64,000 nt of DNA from Camelus dromedarius. Its lineage: Eukaryota. Position 1 is the first letter of the stretch; each line of letters starts with the position of its first letter. A program made the position numbers and the translations under genes. Positions 1 through 13,484 of the stretch are shown here, in pieces. The notes beneath the pieces were generated by a model that was not told where the DNA came from, ran no database searches, and worked only from the letters and a program-made list of their open reading frames with translations. Location: positions 81,966,001 to 82,030,000 of the forward strand of contig NC_087437.1 of NCBI RefSeq assembly GCF_036321535.1, given 5' to 3'.

Positions 1-869
1 TACCCCGTCCCCAGTGCTTGCCAGGGAAGAGCTGAGCAAACCTATCACCAAGCTCTTCCAACTCTGATGATGTTTTATGATTTTGAGATTCTTTTCTAGA
101 CCAATTTGATCCTTCTCCACACTGAGCCGCTATAACAATTTAATTTCAGGTACATTGCTTGGTAACCATGTTTTATCCATAAAGGACTGTCTTTTGGTAA
201 CAAAGGAGTATTAAAATAAGGACACATTCAGAAGACCAGAAACAGAATGCTGTTGTTTTACAAGGAAAACATATTTCTTATCTTACCACCACTGATGTCT
301 ATACAGATTTGCTTTTACTTTGTTTGAAATACACTCATCAAATCAGATTCTCATTTTTTGAATTCAAGTCTACATAATGAAGTAATCTGTCAATAAAACA
401 GGAACCTTTTCCATGAAGGAAATACATCTGTGAAAGTAAACATCCTTCCACTGTTAAAGATGAATTACTTGGATACATACTTCAATTCTTATTTCATTTC
501 CAAACTCTCAACTTTCAGGGCTTGAAAAAGTGATACAGTGGTCTATTCTAATAGTATCTAATGATTTCTATACTTCTTTTTTTTACCTTCCGAAGAGTAT
601 TCAAAATATTTTCATGGTTTTAATTTGGTAAAGGGAAAAGAATTTAGAGGAGAGGTAGAATAAAAATTGAGTTGTGATTAAGTCCCACAGAGGCCAAAAT
701 CATAACTTCAAAATACACAGTTATTTCTCTGAGCCAAAGACAGTTCTCACGAATTCCAGTCAGTTAAAGTCCTGAGAGTGGTCAAAGTTCCTTCTTAGCT
801 CTGGATCCATAGGGTTCATGCCTCTAAAGTGAAAGTTGAGGAGGAAGAAAGCAAAGACTCAAAAGAGAA

Positions 870-1170
870 TGGTAAACTAAACATCCAGCAATAAAAGAAT
901 GGCTGTTAATAATGGCACCGTCATACAATGATATACTATGCAACAGTTAAAAACTGTGGTAAGGAAAAATAAAGAGAACAGATGTCTCCCAAACAACATG
1001 CACATTATAACAGATACAGAAGAGAAGAACATGTGGAAGAAATTATATAAAAAGAAGAGAAGAAATCTCAGCATGGTCGAATTAAGGATAAATTTTTAAA
1101 TTCCTTATGCTTGTTTCCCCATTTTCAGTGCTTAATACATATTACTTTTAAATTAGGAACTTTTTTTCTT
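870..1170 (+). mobile_element. Highly decayed L1M 3' fragment
   Basis: catccagcaataaaagaatgg...catacaatgatatactatgcaacagttaaaaa resembles the L1 ORF2-end/3'UTR. Confidence 0.5.
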
Positions 1171-3394
1171 ACTTAAAAAATGGAAGTGCTGACATTAAAG
1201 GGAGAAGGAAAAAAACAATACAATAATAAATCACTCACAGTAGAAGGCAGGCATTTGTTAGCACCTGTGCAACAAACATGCTACAGTGCTCGAATGAAGA
1301 AAGTGTCTATGCTTGGCAATTTGGTGCTTTATAGTATGGAGCCAGCAAACTTCTATTTTACAAACTATAGCCAACATGCTGGAAGCAGTAGTCCCCACTA
1401 AAGGCTAAAAATAAGAATACTCTGGATCCAGGCCTCAGCATGTAGCCACCACCAAGTTAAACTGCAGTCATTTCTCATCTGAAAGTAATTATGGTATGCA
1501 TGGTAACTTGCTCTGAAGAGAGTAGAGTGGATGCATGAAGTCTCTTATGAGACTGCTTTAAAAAAAAAAAGCATCCTTAAGATCAGCAGTCTGAAAGATC
1601 ACATGTCTTCAGCTTACTCCTCAGCTGCAACTGCAACCAACAGGGAGTTTTGATGCAGACATGAAACCATGTGTATCAGGAAACACAGCTGAAAGGTTCA
1701 ATAACAAGAAAACAGGAGCCTCTCCTTTAGCTGCTACAACAAAAGAAGTTCAGAGATTACTTACTCATTCTTTCCAGGATGAGAATTCCATTTCCATAAC
1801 AAAAAGTTTTCCCCATTGATACTAGTTTTAGCTTTTCCTACTCATGGACTGAAAACAAGTTACAACCACAAAAACCTACAACAAATTCAGAAAGCAGTTA
1901 AATGGTTTGTATGCTATCAATCACAATAGTCTCCATTCTGGAGACATGTCACACTCAGTTTCTCATAATGCTTTTGGAAGATGATTGGAAGGCCCCTCTG
2001 ACAACTCTGAAAGCTCCTAGGGGTTCTGGGTTCACAGGCTGAGAACCACTAACATAAAGCATATATTATATAAGGGACCAAGGCCATAATCTCAAGAACT
2101 TTATCTTTCCAATGGTTATCTCTAGAAATACAGCTATCAACCATCTTCATGCACACACTCACAAAACAACACAATTTCATGGTGAGGTGGTAGGCAGAGG
2201 ATATAAAAACAGCCATGAATGAGTCACACGCTGTGGGCACCAAAGTGTGTGTGGCACTTCTGAGCCTAAAAGGTTCTTCTGTTGGCTCTGTGACAGAAGT
2301 TTAGCATAGGAGGTAAGAACTGAGCACCCTGACAAGAGGGTTTCTTTTCTTAAAAGTATAGGGTAAATTGCCTTCTTTATCCTTATAAAGCCTTCCTGTG
2401 TCAATAGGCTGCCTGCCTCCAAACCCAGCAAAAACAGGGGTAGCCCCTAAATGCCAAAAGAATAGTTGTCTGGGCTTTGCATGCTGAAATTGATTTGGCA
2501 AGCTCTCCATCTTGCAAAGAACACAAAGAGCTTAGTTTAGTCTGTGCGTAACTGCTTCACAATCATTACCAAAATATCCAAAGCAACATGCTCAAGGGAG
2601 GGTAATGATTCTTTGTTACCCCCCTTAATTGTAAGCTTCTGACATCCATTTATTTACTTATAGCTCCTAGCAGCAGCCACCCTTCTTGGTCAACACGCAC
2701 TTTTGGCTGCCTTAGGTGCTTTCAAATGAGGGTGATATGGAACCACACATGGTGGGTAGAATCCTCAAGTTCAATCTATCCCAGTCCCACGTATCACTAT
2801 GGAGTGTCTGAGATCCAGATCTATTCAATAGGGTTGGGAAGGGATGTCCTCTAAATAAAGAGCACTAGAAATGCATGTTTTCATAATGATCATTGAGGCT
2901 CGGGGCTTCAGAAAGGGAGTAGTCGACCCTTCTTAGAGGACACAAGGAGAACCCTGAGACCAGGAAAAAGAAGCCTGATAATCAGTTTGACCCAAACTCA
3001 TAGGATGTAGCCCAGGCCACACTGTCTAGGGCAAGTGTTCACCCCACTGCATGTGGTCTTCTTGATGCTTTTTGATTTAAGCAGACCTCCTGCTTTATAA
3101 CTCCCTCACTAGCACCTAAAATGACCTGAATAATGGAGGATAGTGAAGAAGCATGAACTTAATTCCAATGTGCCCTAATCTGAGATGTGACCCAGCAGAG
3201 GTACTTTTTTTCTTCTCCCTGGGACTATATTCTCTTCTCTCACTACTTCATGATGCAGATGAAAGGCATTGGTCTTTTTTGATTCTGTCAATGCTATACC
3301 ATAATTGCTAAGATTTCTCTCCCATCTGTAAACAAATCCTTATTCCTAATGAGAAAGAACACAGGCAATAGAACACAGGCTGGCAAAGACTGGG

Positions 3395-3590
3395 TGGGTT
3401 CTAAAGCCAGCTGGAATTCCTGCTCTGCCATAGTGCTCTGTGGTTTGGGGCAGATTGACTTGACTTAATTTAAGTTTCCAATAAAGCAGAGATTAATAGT
3501 AGTATTTGCCTGCTAGGGTTGTTTTCAGTATCAAAGGGAATAGTGCATCTAAAGTGCCTTAGCAGAGAGCCTGGCCAGGAACAGTAAGTT
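3395..3590 (+). mobile_element. MIR SINE
   Basis: ctctgccatagtgctctgtggtttggggcag...tagggttgtt...taaagtgccttagcagagagcctggc, MIR core and tail. Confidence 0.7.
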
Positions 3591-4049
3591 TTATGTTGCT
3601 GCGGTATTAGAGAAGATTTTAAAAGTCTTGGTTGGTGGAAAAGTCACACCAGTAGGAGCCTGGTGAGCATACCGCTTTGAATTGGTAGACTTTGTCATCT
3701 TGTTCAGAACAGTTATGGCCAGTTTGGACCAAGAAGCCAGTCACTTCATGTTAAGTCCCTCCAGATTGGCAGGATCATAGCTCCCTATCACCTCTCTGCT
3801 AAATAACAGGCACTGGTTCCTGGCCAAATTCCCATGTCTTAAGCTTGCCAATCTCCATCTTGGCACGGAGCAAGTAACATACTCCCCCTGCCTTCAGTGG
3901 TGTAAGGCTGAGTAATATATTCTCTTCGTGATACTGAAAGGCAAAAATCCATTCGTTATTTTCTTATCTTATTTGATGTCCCAAGAGGGAAGGCATGTCT
4001 GATGAACCAAGAGATAAAATTGTATCATTACATCTCCACCAGGATGAGG

Positions 4050-4235
4050 TATGTGTTCCTGTCATATGTCAGGCACTGGGCACAGCATTTTATACATATG
4101 ATCTCAAATCCTCCCAACAACCCTGCAAGACATAAGTCCAGAAGAACTGAAGTAACTTTCCCCAAACTGGACAGCACACAGGGATGGAGACAGGGCTGGA
4201 ACTCGGCTGGCTGGTTCCAGAGCCTGCACTCTTTC
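4050..4235 (-). mobile_element. MIR SINE
   Basis: tgtcaggcactgggcacagcatttt...aatcctcccaacaaccctg...taactttcccaa...gggctggaactc...tccagagcctgcactctt. Confidence 0.75.
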
Positions 4236-4881
4236 CTCATATGCCATATTGTTTCCTACTTTTTTGCTTATATTGGGATTCTAGAAAACAACCAGAAGCT
4301 TCAGGACACCAGTAAGTGGAATGTTAAAAACAAAACAAAAGCTCTAAGTTATAAACCCAAATGTGTCACTCTGTCAAAAGTTTTCCCGTATAAAGCTTAT
4401 CCTGAAAAAAGTGTCATGGCTGACACATTTTGGAAATGTCTTCAAAAATCCCTTCAAAGGCCACATACAAAAACCAATCCCATTATGTCAAGGTCACAAA
4501 CTCTGACTTGATTTATTAAGATTTGGTTCCAAGAAACTTTTCCCTGTTGTCAGAAGTCAAATTCACCTTCAATGAACCAGATTTTGCCATGGCTGAGGGA
4601 TATTCCAAAAACAGAAAACTCCAAAAGTGGAGTTCCAAAACTGTTCTCAGCAGTGGCAATGTTGTTAAAACGAGGTCACAGCAGCTCTCTGCTCCTGGAA
4701 ATCATGTTCTCTCTTGGCTCCTGGGACACAGCTCAGTCTTCTGCTCCTTTGTCTCTGCCAGACACCCAAACATTAGTGCCTTCTTTTTCTTTTCTCTACC
4801 TTGCACCTTTTCCCCATCTCCTTTAAAGAGAATCACTTCTTAAAGCATTTTTGTATTCAATTCAATACTATGTCCCTGGTG

Positions 4882-5205
4882 CTTTTTATTTAAATCTTTC
4901 ATTATGAACATTTTCAATTATACAGAGAGTAGAAAGAAGAATATAACAAAGCCCATGTACCCATTCATCTTCAACAACCCTTTTAATACTTTGCCATACT
5001 TATTTTTCCTCTATCCTCTGCCTTTATTTGTCCTCAATATTTAAAAGTAAAGTCCAGGACATCATGTCATTTCACATTTAGATACTTCATTATGTATCTA
5101 GAAAAATAAAAAGAACATTCTCTCCTCTAAATACAATACCATTAACACATCTAACAAAATTCACAATAACATCTTACTAACATCTAATACATTCAAATTT
5201 CCTTG
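4882..5205 (-). mobile_element. L1MC4/L1MC5-like 3' end
   Basis: attttcaattatacagagagtagaaagaagaatataacaaagcccatgtaccc...aataccattaacacatctaacaaaattcacaataac. Confidence 0.7.
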
Positions 5206-5389
5206 GTCATCTTCTCTCACACCCCTTGGACAATCACACCAGCTGCTATTCAAGACAAACTTCCAGTGCCTTGGTGTCTTTAAGGCTTTATCTCACTTAT
5301 CCTTTTCCCCTGTCTGAAAAAGGCCCCAAAATGTGAAAGCAATATGATTGAATAAATTAGTTTAATTTCTTTTTCCAAAAATTGTTTTA

Positions 5390-5575
5390 CTTATTGTATC
5401 TTGGAAATATTTTCCCATATTATTAAATATTCTTTGAAAACCTGACTTCTACCAACTGCCTAATTGATCAGTATACAGATATTCCACAATTTATTTAATT
5501 ATCCCCTGTTACTTGTTGGACACTTGGTTCTTCCATCTTCATTATGATAAACAGCTCTGTAATGAGCAGCCTTAC
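5390..5575 (-). mobile_element. L1ME-like fragment
   Basis: ccacaatttatttaattatcccctgtt...gttggacacttgg...ataaacagctctgtaatgagca. Confidence 0.55.
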
Positions 5576-8500
5576 CCGTGCCTATGGTTTACCCTTCTGC
5601 CCTCATCTTTTACCACTGAACTCCTCCTTTACTTCAGCTGTAAGGAGTGAGTCGATATTTGCCACACATTGTTCTTCACCCACCTTCAGCCTGTACATAT
5701 GACCTGGACAGTCTTATCCTCCAAGGCCCAACTTATCTCTGAAGTGCTTTCACTGAGTCCCTTTGGCAGGGTTAGTCATTTCCTCTCAAATGCTCCCAAA
5801 ACACTTTGTGCACTGGACATTATTTATAGCGTTTATTCGTATTTTGTATTTAGTCCTGAATCTGTTTTTCTACCACACTAAGTTGTGAATTTCTCAACAT
5901 CTCAGCTTTTTCATCTGCAAAATAAGGAGAATAATACCAAGTCCATGTGTCTGAATTTTAAAGAAAGATATAAAGGACAGAAAGCATGAATCATATTATC
6001 TGGCAGATAATTGGAGCTTTACAAAAGTTAGCTTCCTTCTTTCCCCCTAATAAGAGAAACTGTAAATGTATCTAGATTCATATGCCTGGAAGGCAAGGAG
6101 TGAAACATTCCCCCAGCACAAGAAGACAGACTGAGTAAGGGAAGACATGGGAAAGGAGAAGCAAAATGGCTGCCCAGGGACTGTATCAATTGCAACATTT
6201 TTTCTGTAACACACAATCTCTATTCCAGTCACAGGTTCTTAGATAAAAGAAGAGAAAGGAAAGATGTCATTTGGAATCTATAGATGGGAACTCTTGATCT
6301 CTGAATCTCTGTTCACCTCTGAGCTCTGTATTATGCTGGGTTGGTCTAGCCCAGAGGAGTCCTTAAGGCACTCAGAGTGACCTAATGCCACCTAATGGGA
6401 GAGGAAGTAGTTGAGAAAGCTAACAAAAATCTGTGGGAGACTTTGGGTACTCTGAGGATGCATTTTTATCTTTTAAGATTCACATCTTTCTAGAGCTGGA
6501 AGAAGTAAGGGTTGGCTTATGAACATGTAGTGTTGCTACGGAAATAACAACAGAGCTGCAGGCAAGAGCTCTGGGTTCTGGTGCTGCCTCTGGGCACGAC
6601 CACAGGCATATCAGTTAACTTCCACAGGCCTCAGTTGCTGAATACGGGGGGTTGGATGAAACTGGTTCTAAGAACCAAAGGGACAAAAATTCAAAGAGAA
6701 CAGAAAGGTTAAGTGACTGGCTCAATATCACTGTGTTTCCAAGAAAAAACAGAGAGCAGAACTGGAAGAAATATGAAAAGTGATGTAGTTTGAAAACTGT
6801 TAAAAGAATCATATGATTTTCAAGAGCTCTGATCTCGTGCTGGGAGCGTGGCATTTAAAAATTCATTAAAGCTAACTTGGACTATATGAAAATAATTTTC
6901 TTCTGTTCTATTCCACAAAGATCTGGAAAACATTCCCAACCCTGTATCAACCTTAAATGAGAAAAGAATCTTTAAAGAGCCACTGATTTGTAATGGAAAA
7001 CTTGGATAAATCAACTATTTATACTCTGAGATTTTTATATTTCTTTTTGTCCTTTCTTCAGAACACACAGCTAAGAAAAGCCATGATGTAAGTCTGCTCT
7101 ATTAGACCCCAATGGCAGGCTGTTTATTCTGCATCTACAGCCTAGCAGCTTCTCTGACCACAGCACTTAGTGGACAAGCACCCAAAGAACACATTCAAGC
7201 TAAAAAAGGAAGTTCAAATTTTGATTAATCCGTCATGAGCTTGGAGAGAAAGGGGTGTAAGAATACCTGAGTTTTCATTTCTGATCCAAGGTTTGTTAGC
7301 CAAAGTTATTTACGCTTTCTGAATGTCAAATTCCTCCTCTTGCAAAACAGGACAAATAATTATCTATCTACTGATATAGCAAGCAATGTAGACATGAAAG
7401 GTATTACAAACACTCACCTGATAAACTAAACTGGAATAAGTCTTCATTAAATGCCTACAATCAAATTTCTTGATCTATACTTAACATTCCAACTGAGATC
7501 CAGCATCAGAAGACTTACTGAGATCTTCCCCAAGTATACACTCTCACCATTTCACTGCTTTAGTTGTGTTTAACATCTGGGAAATTATGCCTAACTCCAT
7601 ACGTTTCTTCAAGAAACACCTGGCCTAATGGAGAGTAGGTCTAAAGGGGTATAATCAAAATGTGTGTGTGAGATTGTGTGTTGGGTGAGGGAGACTAAAC
7701 TACATAGTGCAAGGAATGTTTAAAGAAACTGAGTGTTTCATCTGGAAATAAGAAGAGAGCCCTTCCCACTGAAGGACCATAGTGTGGCGAGAGAAGTAGC
7801 CTTGCTTGACTGAGCTCTGGAGGCAGAAGCAGGATTAAAGAATAAAGTTCCTGGGAGTTAGATTTCAGTTCACAGGGAAGCCCTTTCAGACACTTAGAGC
7901 TGTGTAACAATGGAGTAGATGGGCACAGAAAACACTGAGTGTCTGGTACTATGGGAGATGGTTAAGATGACTACTACACTGCCTTCTGAACCTCACATTT
8001 GATTTGCAAGTAATTTTGACTCTCTCTTAGGACTCAGAACTCTGAGGAATAAGGGCCTGAATCACAAATACCCAGGTTCTATTCTCCTCTCTGAAGCCCT
8101 ATCCATGCCCTCTCTACAAGCAAAAATACCATTAAGGGAATGTTTCAGTGATTTTTACTGAAAATGGAAGAAAAAGATAAAGGGGGACCATTGCTAAATT
8201 AGGTTATCTGGTTTTCAATGTGTCTTTTTTTAGCCATTAGATAGCTTTACTGTAGCTGGCTGAATTTAGTGTCTTCAAATATGGGTGACTAGGGCAATAA
8301 AAGGAAACAAACTTCTTACTTCTTTATTTTAAGAGAAACCAAATAAAATACTCAACAAGATTTTTGCCCTAATGTGGCAAAAGCACAACCTGGCTGTTTT
8401 GCAACTGAACACTATTAATATCTATTTATAGCCAGTATTTTCATAGATGAATCACACTTACCATGAGACAGTTAATATTAAGGGCTCAACCAGCTCTGCT

Positions 8501-9529
8501 GAGAACCCCATAATCTTACTACATCTCTTTCCATTCCCCTTTGAGGGAACTAAGTTATAGCTTAATGGTTCCATGCAGAGAGAAGGGTAAATCCAAATGG
8601 AAATGTAAAGCTAGCTGACAGCCTGCTCTCTAAATTCAGCAAGTGTGGGATGTTAAAGACATTCAAACGTAAGGCCCTGGATCACTTCCAAGTTTGTCCC
8701 TTGGCTATGTGTCCTACTGTTAGCACAGACCCACTCTGCATTATGCAACCATCTTGCCGTCAAAACAATGTATCCCCCAAATTTCCTACCAAACCGAGTT
8801 TAAATGACACTGCTTTATAAAATGTCACATACATAAAAACAGGACTAATGATTGTTAAAGGTGTTGTCAAATGACAGGAGTGTAGGGGATGTTCAGCTCA
8901 TTTTATGTATGTGAGAGTGTATGCAGAGGGGCGGAGGTGAGGGAGAGTTGAAGGTCAGAGTATAAATGATAAAGGTTTTCAAAATTCAGTGACATTAACT
9001 GGAGTTTTCTAGTACGTCTTAGGGATCCAATGTCCCTTCTCCACCCAGCGTACCCAGCACGTGCACACACACGCACACACACTCTGAACTTTGTGTAAGT
9101 ATCAGCACTACTCCGATACTGATTTTAATTTCTCTGACTTTGATGTCTCCTATGAGAGCCTCCACTCTTAGTTTACCTTTACAAAGCCCTTTCCTACAGT
9201 CTTTACTTCAGGCTAAAACTCTTTAAGATTCAGTAAGATAATACATACAAAGCACTTAAAACAGTGCCAAGCATATGGAAACAGGTGTATACACATTAGT
9301 TACTTCTACATTCCAGCTACTTCTATTAGATTCACAGTACCATTTTTCTAAATTTCTAGCCAGTGGTTCACAGATGAATCGTCTTTACCATGAGGCAGTT
9401 CCTACTCAGAGCCAATCATTTCTGTCAAGGACTGCGTGATTCAGTCATGCAAACGAATCCCTGCTGAGCTCCAACTCTGTTGAACACTGGGAAGACAGAC
9501 TCAACAACAGGGGCCCTGTGCTCACAGAG

Positions 9530-9685
9530 CATGGGCAATAAACCCGTTAGCAGGTACCATTATCTCCATTTTACATTTGAAGGCTCAGGGAAGTTTAGCA
9601 GCTTGTCCAAGGCTACAGAGCTAACATACTGGAACAGCAATTTAAGCCCAGATCCATCTGATCTCACGATCTCAAACTCTTTCGA
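9530..9685 (-). mobile_element. MIR SINE
   Basis: caggtaccattatctccattttaca...gaaggctcagggaagtttagcagcttgtccaaggctacagagcta. Confidence 0.75.
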
Positions 9686-10084
9686 TTATGTTATGCCCCC
9701 TTTCCACCCCCCAAGATGCCAGCAAAGTGGTTAAGAAAAGTACATTAAAGTTTAAGAATAGCAATGCATTCCATTAAGTTTCTGCACATAAGTATTATGC
9801 AAAAACAAAACATCTTTACTGAATAGACCAATTGCTGAAAGGGCCAGGGAACTGTGAATTCATATTCAGATTTCTGTGTAACTTTGGGTAGCCAGAATTA
9901 AGTATACCCATGTCAACAAATGGGACATTAGTTCAGATATAAAAATAAACTTGCACATATTGCCTAGTATAACTGACATAGTAGGCATTTCATAAATGCT
10001 TGTTGAATAATTTAACAATGGACCAGGATTTTTCCTTTACTATGTATGCCTTATAAGACCCTAAGGAGATACAGTACATTGATT

Positions 10085-10300
10085 TGCTGGACTAGAGCCA
10101 CCCAAGTTAGGACCTTCCTTTGCCACTTCCTAGCAGTAAGATCTTCAAGAAGTTACTTAACAGCTACAAGCCTCAGTTTTCTCCTTTGCAAAATGGGGAT
10201 AAACAACAGCTTTTGTGAAGACTAAATGAGTTAATCAAAACAAAGTATTCGGAACAGACTGATTTGGTAAGTACTGAATTGATCTAAGCTATCATTATTA
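10085..10300 (+). mobile_element. MIR SINE
   Basis: gccacttcctagc...agttacttaac...aagcctcagttttctcctttgcaaaatggggataa. Confidence 0.8.
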
Positions 10301-11840
10301 CTTTCTTCTTTAAATCAGAATAGTTTTGATTGGGCTACCTCAATATCATACTAAATGATCAAGACCAAAACCAACTTCTTTCACTGAAGCTTTCTGAAGT
10401 TCTTTTATAGAAGCAAAATAACCTCTTTCCACCATTCAAACATGAAAATAAGTAAGTGAAGACTAAATTATGTCTAAAAGCACTCAATTATGTAGAATAA
10501 GCAATTTTTGCTATATAAGATTAATAAAGAATGATTAAGAAAATTCAGCTTTCATAGTGAGGAGTTGGCTAGGGGTGTCTGTGCTGTGGGGGAGGTGGCA
10601 GATGAAATAGGTCTCTATTGACATTTGGCCATTTCCTGTAACTAAATTAAGTAAATAATTGCAAATTCTCTACCTGTCTTTCTTTTGCAAGTATACACCC
10701 TTACCAAGATCCACCATGATTTAACCAGCTTAAGCCAAAGAAAAACTGACTGAGGTCACCACATCGGAAAGCAAAGCAGAATCTGATTCTCAGGGCCAAT
10801 TGCACTGTATTTGTATCCATAGATACAAGACAACAGAGAAGCACAGAACTCTAAAGCGGGAAGTCCCGGGACCTCAGAGATCATCTAGTCTCAGGCACAA
10901 ATCCTGCTGTTAGGGAACCCATTAGGGTGTGAAGGACAAGGTAGCTATTAGGGGAAAGAACCCCTGTTCTTGTTTCATCCTGAATGACTCTGTGGGGTCA
11001 ACTTAGCCTAATATCCTCATTTTACAAGTGACAACCCAGAGCCTAGCTAATTAAAAGCAGAGCTAAGATCAGAAGCCAGGTTTCCTGATTCCCAGTCTAT
11101 TGCTCCCTTACACTCCTGAAGGCTGCCATTCTACGGGCTATGATAGTCACAAATAATAATGCATAAGGCTGTGTTAAACTTGACAACTAAGCAAATTTTC
11201 TCCTTGCAAAACCATCAGGCATTATATGACAGCGACGCTTTATGAAAAGAATATGACATCATTATTTGGTATAAACAAAAGTAACTTTCCATTCCTCTTT
11301 TTTTTTCCCCTTTGTAACCTGAAAATCCCAAACCTCTGTTGCTATTACAAAATTTTTCTTTTCCTCAGTACGTACCCCTGGGCCAAGCACAGATGTATTA
11401 AAAATTTGCCAAGAGAAACAATGAAGTCACTGATAATACAAAGCATGAGAGTATCATGAAATTCATGTCTTTGTTTTCTTCCTCTTGATACTTAATTACT
11501 TCTCATTACTGATCATTTTGTGGTTGTTGGCAAGAGGGCAAGGAAACTCCACCACTGTAAACATGCGGAGACACACTCCTCAGTAGACCAGAAGTCTGCA
11601 CACGATGGGTCTGTTCACAAATCCAACGTAAGTGCCAGCGAGATTGCTGACACTGTCTTCCCCAGCCCCCTGAGAAGACTGGTGGGTTCAGAAAAACTCT
11701 TATCACTTTAACAAGAATAAACACAGTACAAAAATGTTTCAGGTCATTCCTTTTTTAGCATTTATAAATATCATTAATGGCAGATAATTTGTGCTCTCCT
11801 TGCAAATTTCACCCAACTCACTTAAAGGATGAGATGAGGG

Positions 11841-11961
11841 GGAACAGAGCCAATATTTTATAATTATAAATGGAGTATAACCTTTAAAAATTGTGAATCA
11901 CTATATTGTACACCTGTAACTTACATAATATTGTACATCAATTGTAACTCAATTTAAAACA
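11841..11961 (+). mobile_element. 5'-truncated cetartiodactyl-type L1 3' end with diverged TSD
   Basis: aaatggagtataacctttaaaaattgtgaatcactatattgtacacctgtaact...ttgtacatcaa. Flanks aaaggatgagatgaggg (11824-40) and aaagaacgaggtgaggg (11962-78) are 14/17 identical. Confidence 0.8.
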
Positions 11962-12375
11962 AAAGAACGAGGTGAGGGAAGATAGGCTGTATACAGAGTT
12001 CCATTTGGTTTTCTGGAACAGCTCAGGGTTGCCTTAAACTCAAAGGGCACTACTTATGAAATATGCTTAGCAAACTCTCTGTTAAGTAGAAGTTTATGCT
12101 ATCTTGGAATTCTGGAAGGCATACCTTAGATAAAATTAATGGTGGCAGAGGAATCCTTATTGATTAGAGGCAGAATACAAGTTGATTCTTATCGGTAGGC
12201 TATTGTTCCACATAAGAATACGTGGGTAAGAGGAAAGCACAGGAATGTATCTTAGAAATCATCAAAATAACCTTATCCTTTCAGGAAATTAAAAGAAGTA
12301 AAAAACCAAATATATTTTACCTCTGTTTTAATCTAGAGACTTTCATTTGATTTTCATAGAAATTTGAATCTTAAG

Positions 12376-12798
12376 TGTGATAGACTTAGCATTTTTCAAA
12401 GATGGCTACAGTTAACTTTTCCCATTCCTCTGCAATGTGACCTTGCAGCTCCTTCCATCAAGAGGTGGAATCCATTTCCCTATTTCCTGAATTTGGGCTG
12501 ATCTTGGACATTCTTTCACCAATAGAAATGAGACCTTGGAGTTTCACACTCTTAAAATACCATCCTGAGACCGCTATATAAGGAAGCCTAGTCTAATCTA
12601 CCAAAGGTTGAAAGCCATGTGGAGCAGAGATGAGATCATCCAGTTGAGATCTCCTAGTTCAACTAGCTAGCAGCCAGATATGGGAGTGAGTCCATCTTAG
12701 ACCATCCATTCCAGCTAAGCTGCAAGATAACCAAAGCTGCAGAGTAACCCACACAATTCTGAGCCATTGTTTAAACACTACCTAAGTTTTGGGGTAGG
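12376..12798 (+). mobile_element. MLT1-family (MaLR) LTR, MLT1G/H-like
   Basis: caaagatggc...tgcaatgtgaccttgcagctccttccatcaagaggtggaatccatttccc...aaggaagcctagtcta...ctaagttttggggt. Confidence 0.8.
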
Positions 12799-13034
12799 CC
12801 ACAAAGTACAAGGAGAAAAACCAGTCACTCTGTTGAAGAGCTATTATGTAAGAAGCACCAGGCCAGAAATCCCACGGGACACATGGATGGAGACTAACAA
12901 TATTAACAGAAGACATGGATGGATGGCCCTGTCCTTCATGTGAGAACATATCTGTAAATAAAGTAGTTCATGATATTTATTTGTTTTAAATATATCTAAC
13001 CTATGTTAACAACGTTCCATTATAACTATGGGTC

Positions 13035-13232
13035 AGAGCAATGATTTCACTGGGGTATTCAAGATAATCCAATGGGGTGGAAAAAAAAATAATTAGGTAT
13101 CTTATTATTTTTAATTAATATTTTTCCTTTATGTTTTTTGAATATAAACCTTTTATAAGGTACATAGCATATATTAACACGCTAGTATAGAAATAGTATT
13201 TTTAAATACATAAATATATACATAATGGGGTT
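13035..13232 (+). mobile_element. Probable hAT-Charlie-type DNA transposon remnant
   Basis: ggggtattcaagataatccaatggggtgg...taaatatatacataatgggg resembles non-autonomous Charlie elements. Subfamily uncertain. Confidence 0.4.
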
Positions 13233-13484
13233 TTCCACAGTCATAAATCCCATATATCCTTAATCTTCCATCCTTGCACAAAAATACACTTATACGTCTT
13301 TGCTTTTCTCAAATAAAAGAATCCTTCCCTGACTATGTAGGGAAGAGTCAGTGATAATACTGCCACAGACTGCTGTTAATCTGTACTGTAATTATTGACA
13401 AATGGTCTCCTTAACAAGGCTATACGCATTTTTCAGACAGAGTGTCTGTAACCATCTGTCTTTGACAGTACAGTCTAATGGCAT

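Noticed and set aside
2195..2230. TATAAAA next to an AP-1 site as a promoter
   Set aside because: Short motifs expected by chance in AT-rich DNA; no CpG island or clear downstream first exon.
4002..4511. Longest ORF in the track (169 aa)
   Set aside because: Its first half is an antisense MIR. There is no recognisable protein similarity or exon context, so it is probably a chance ORF.
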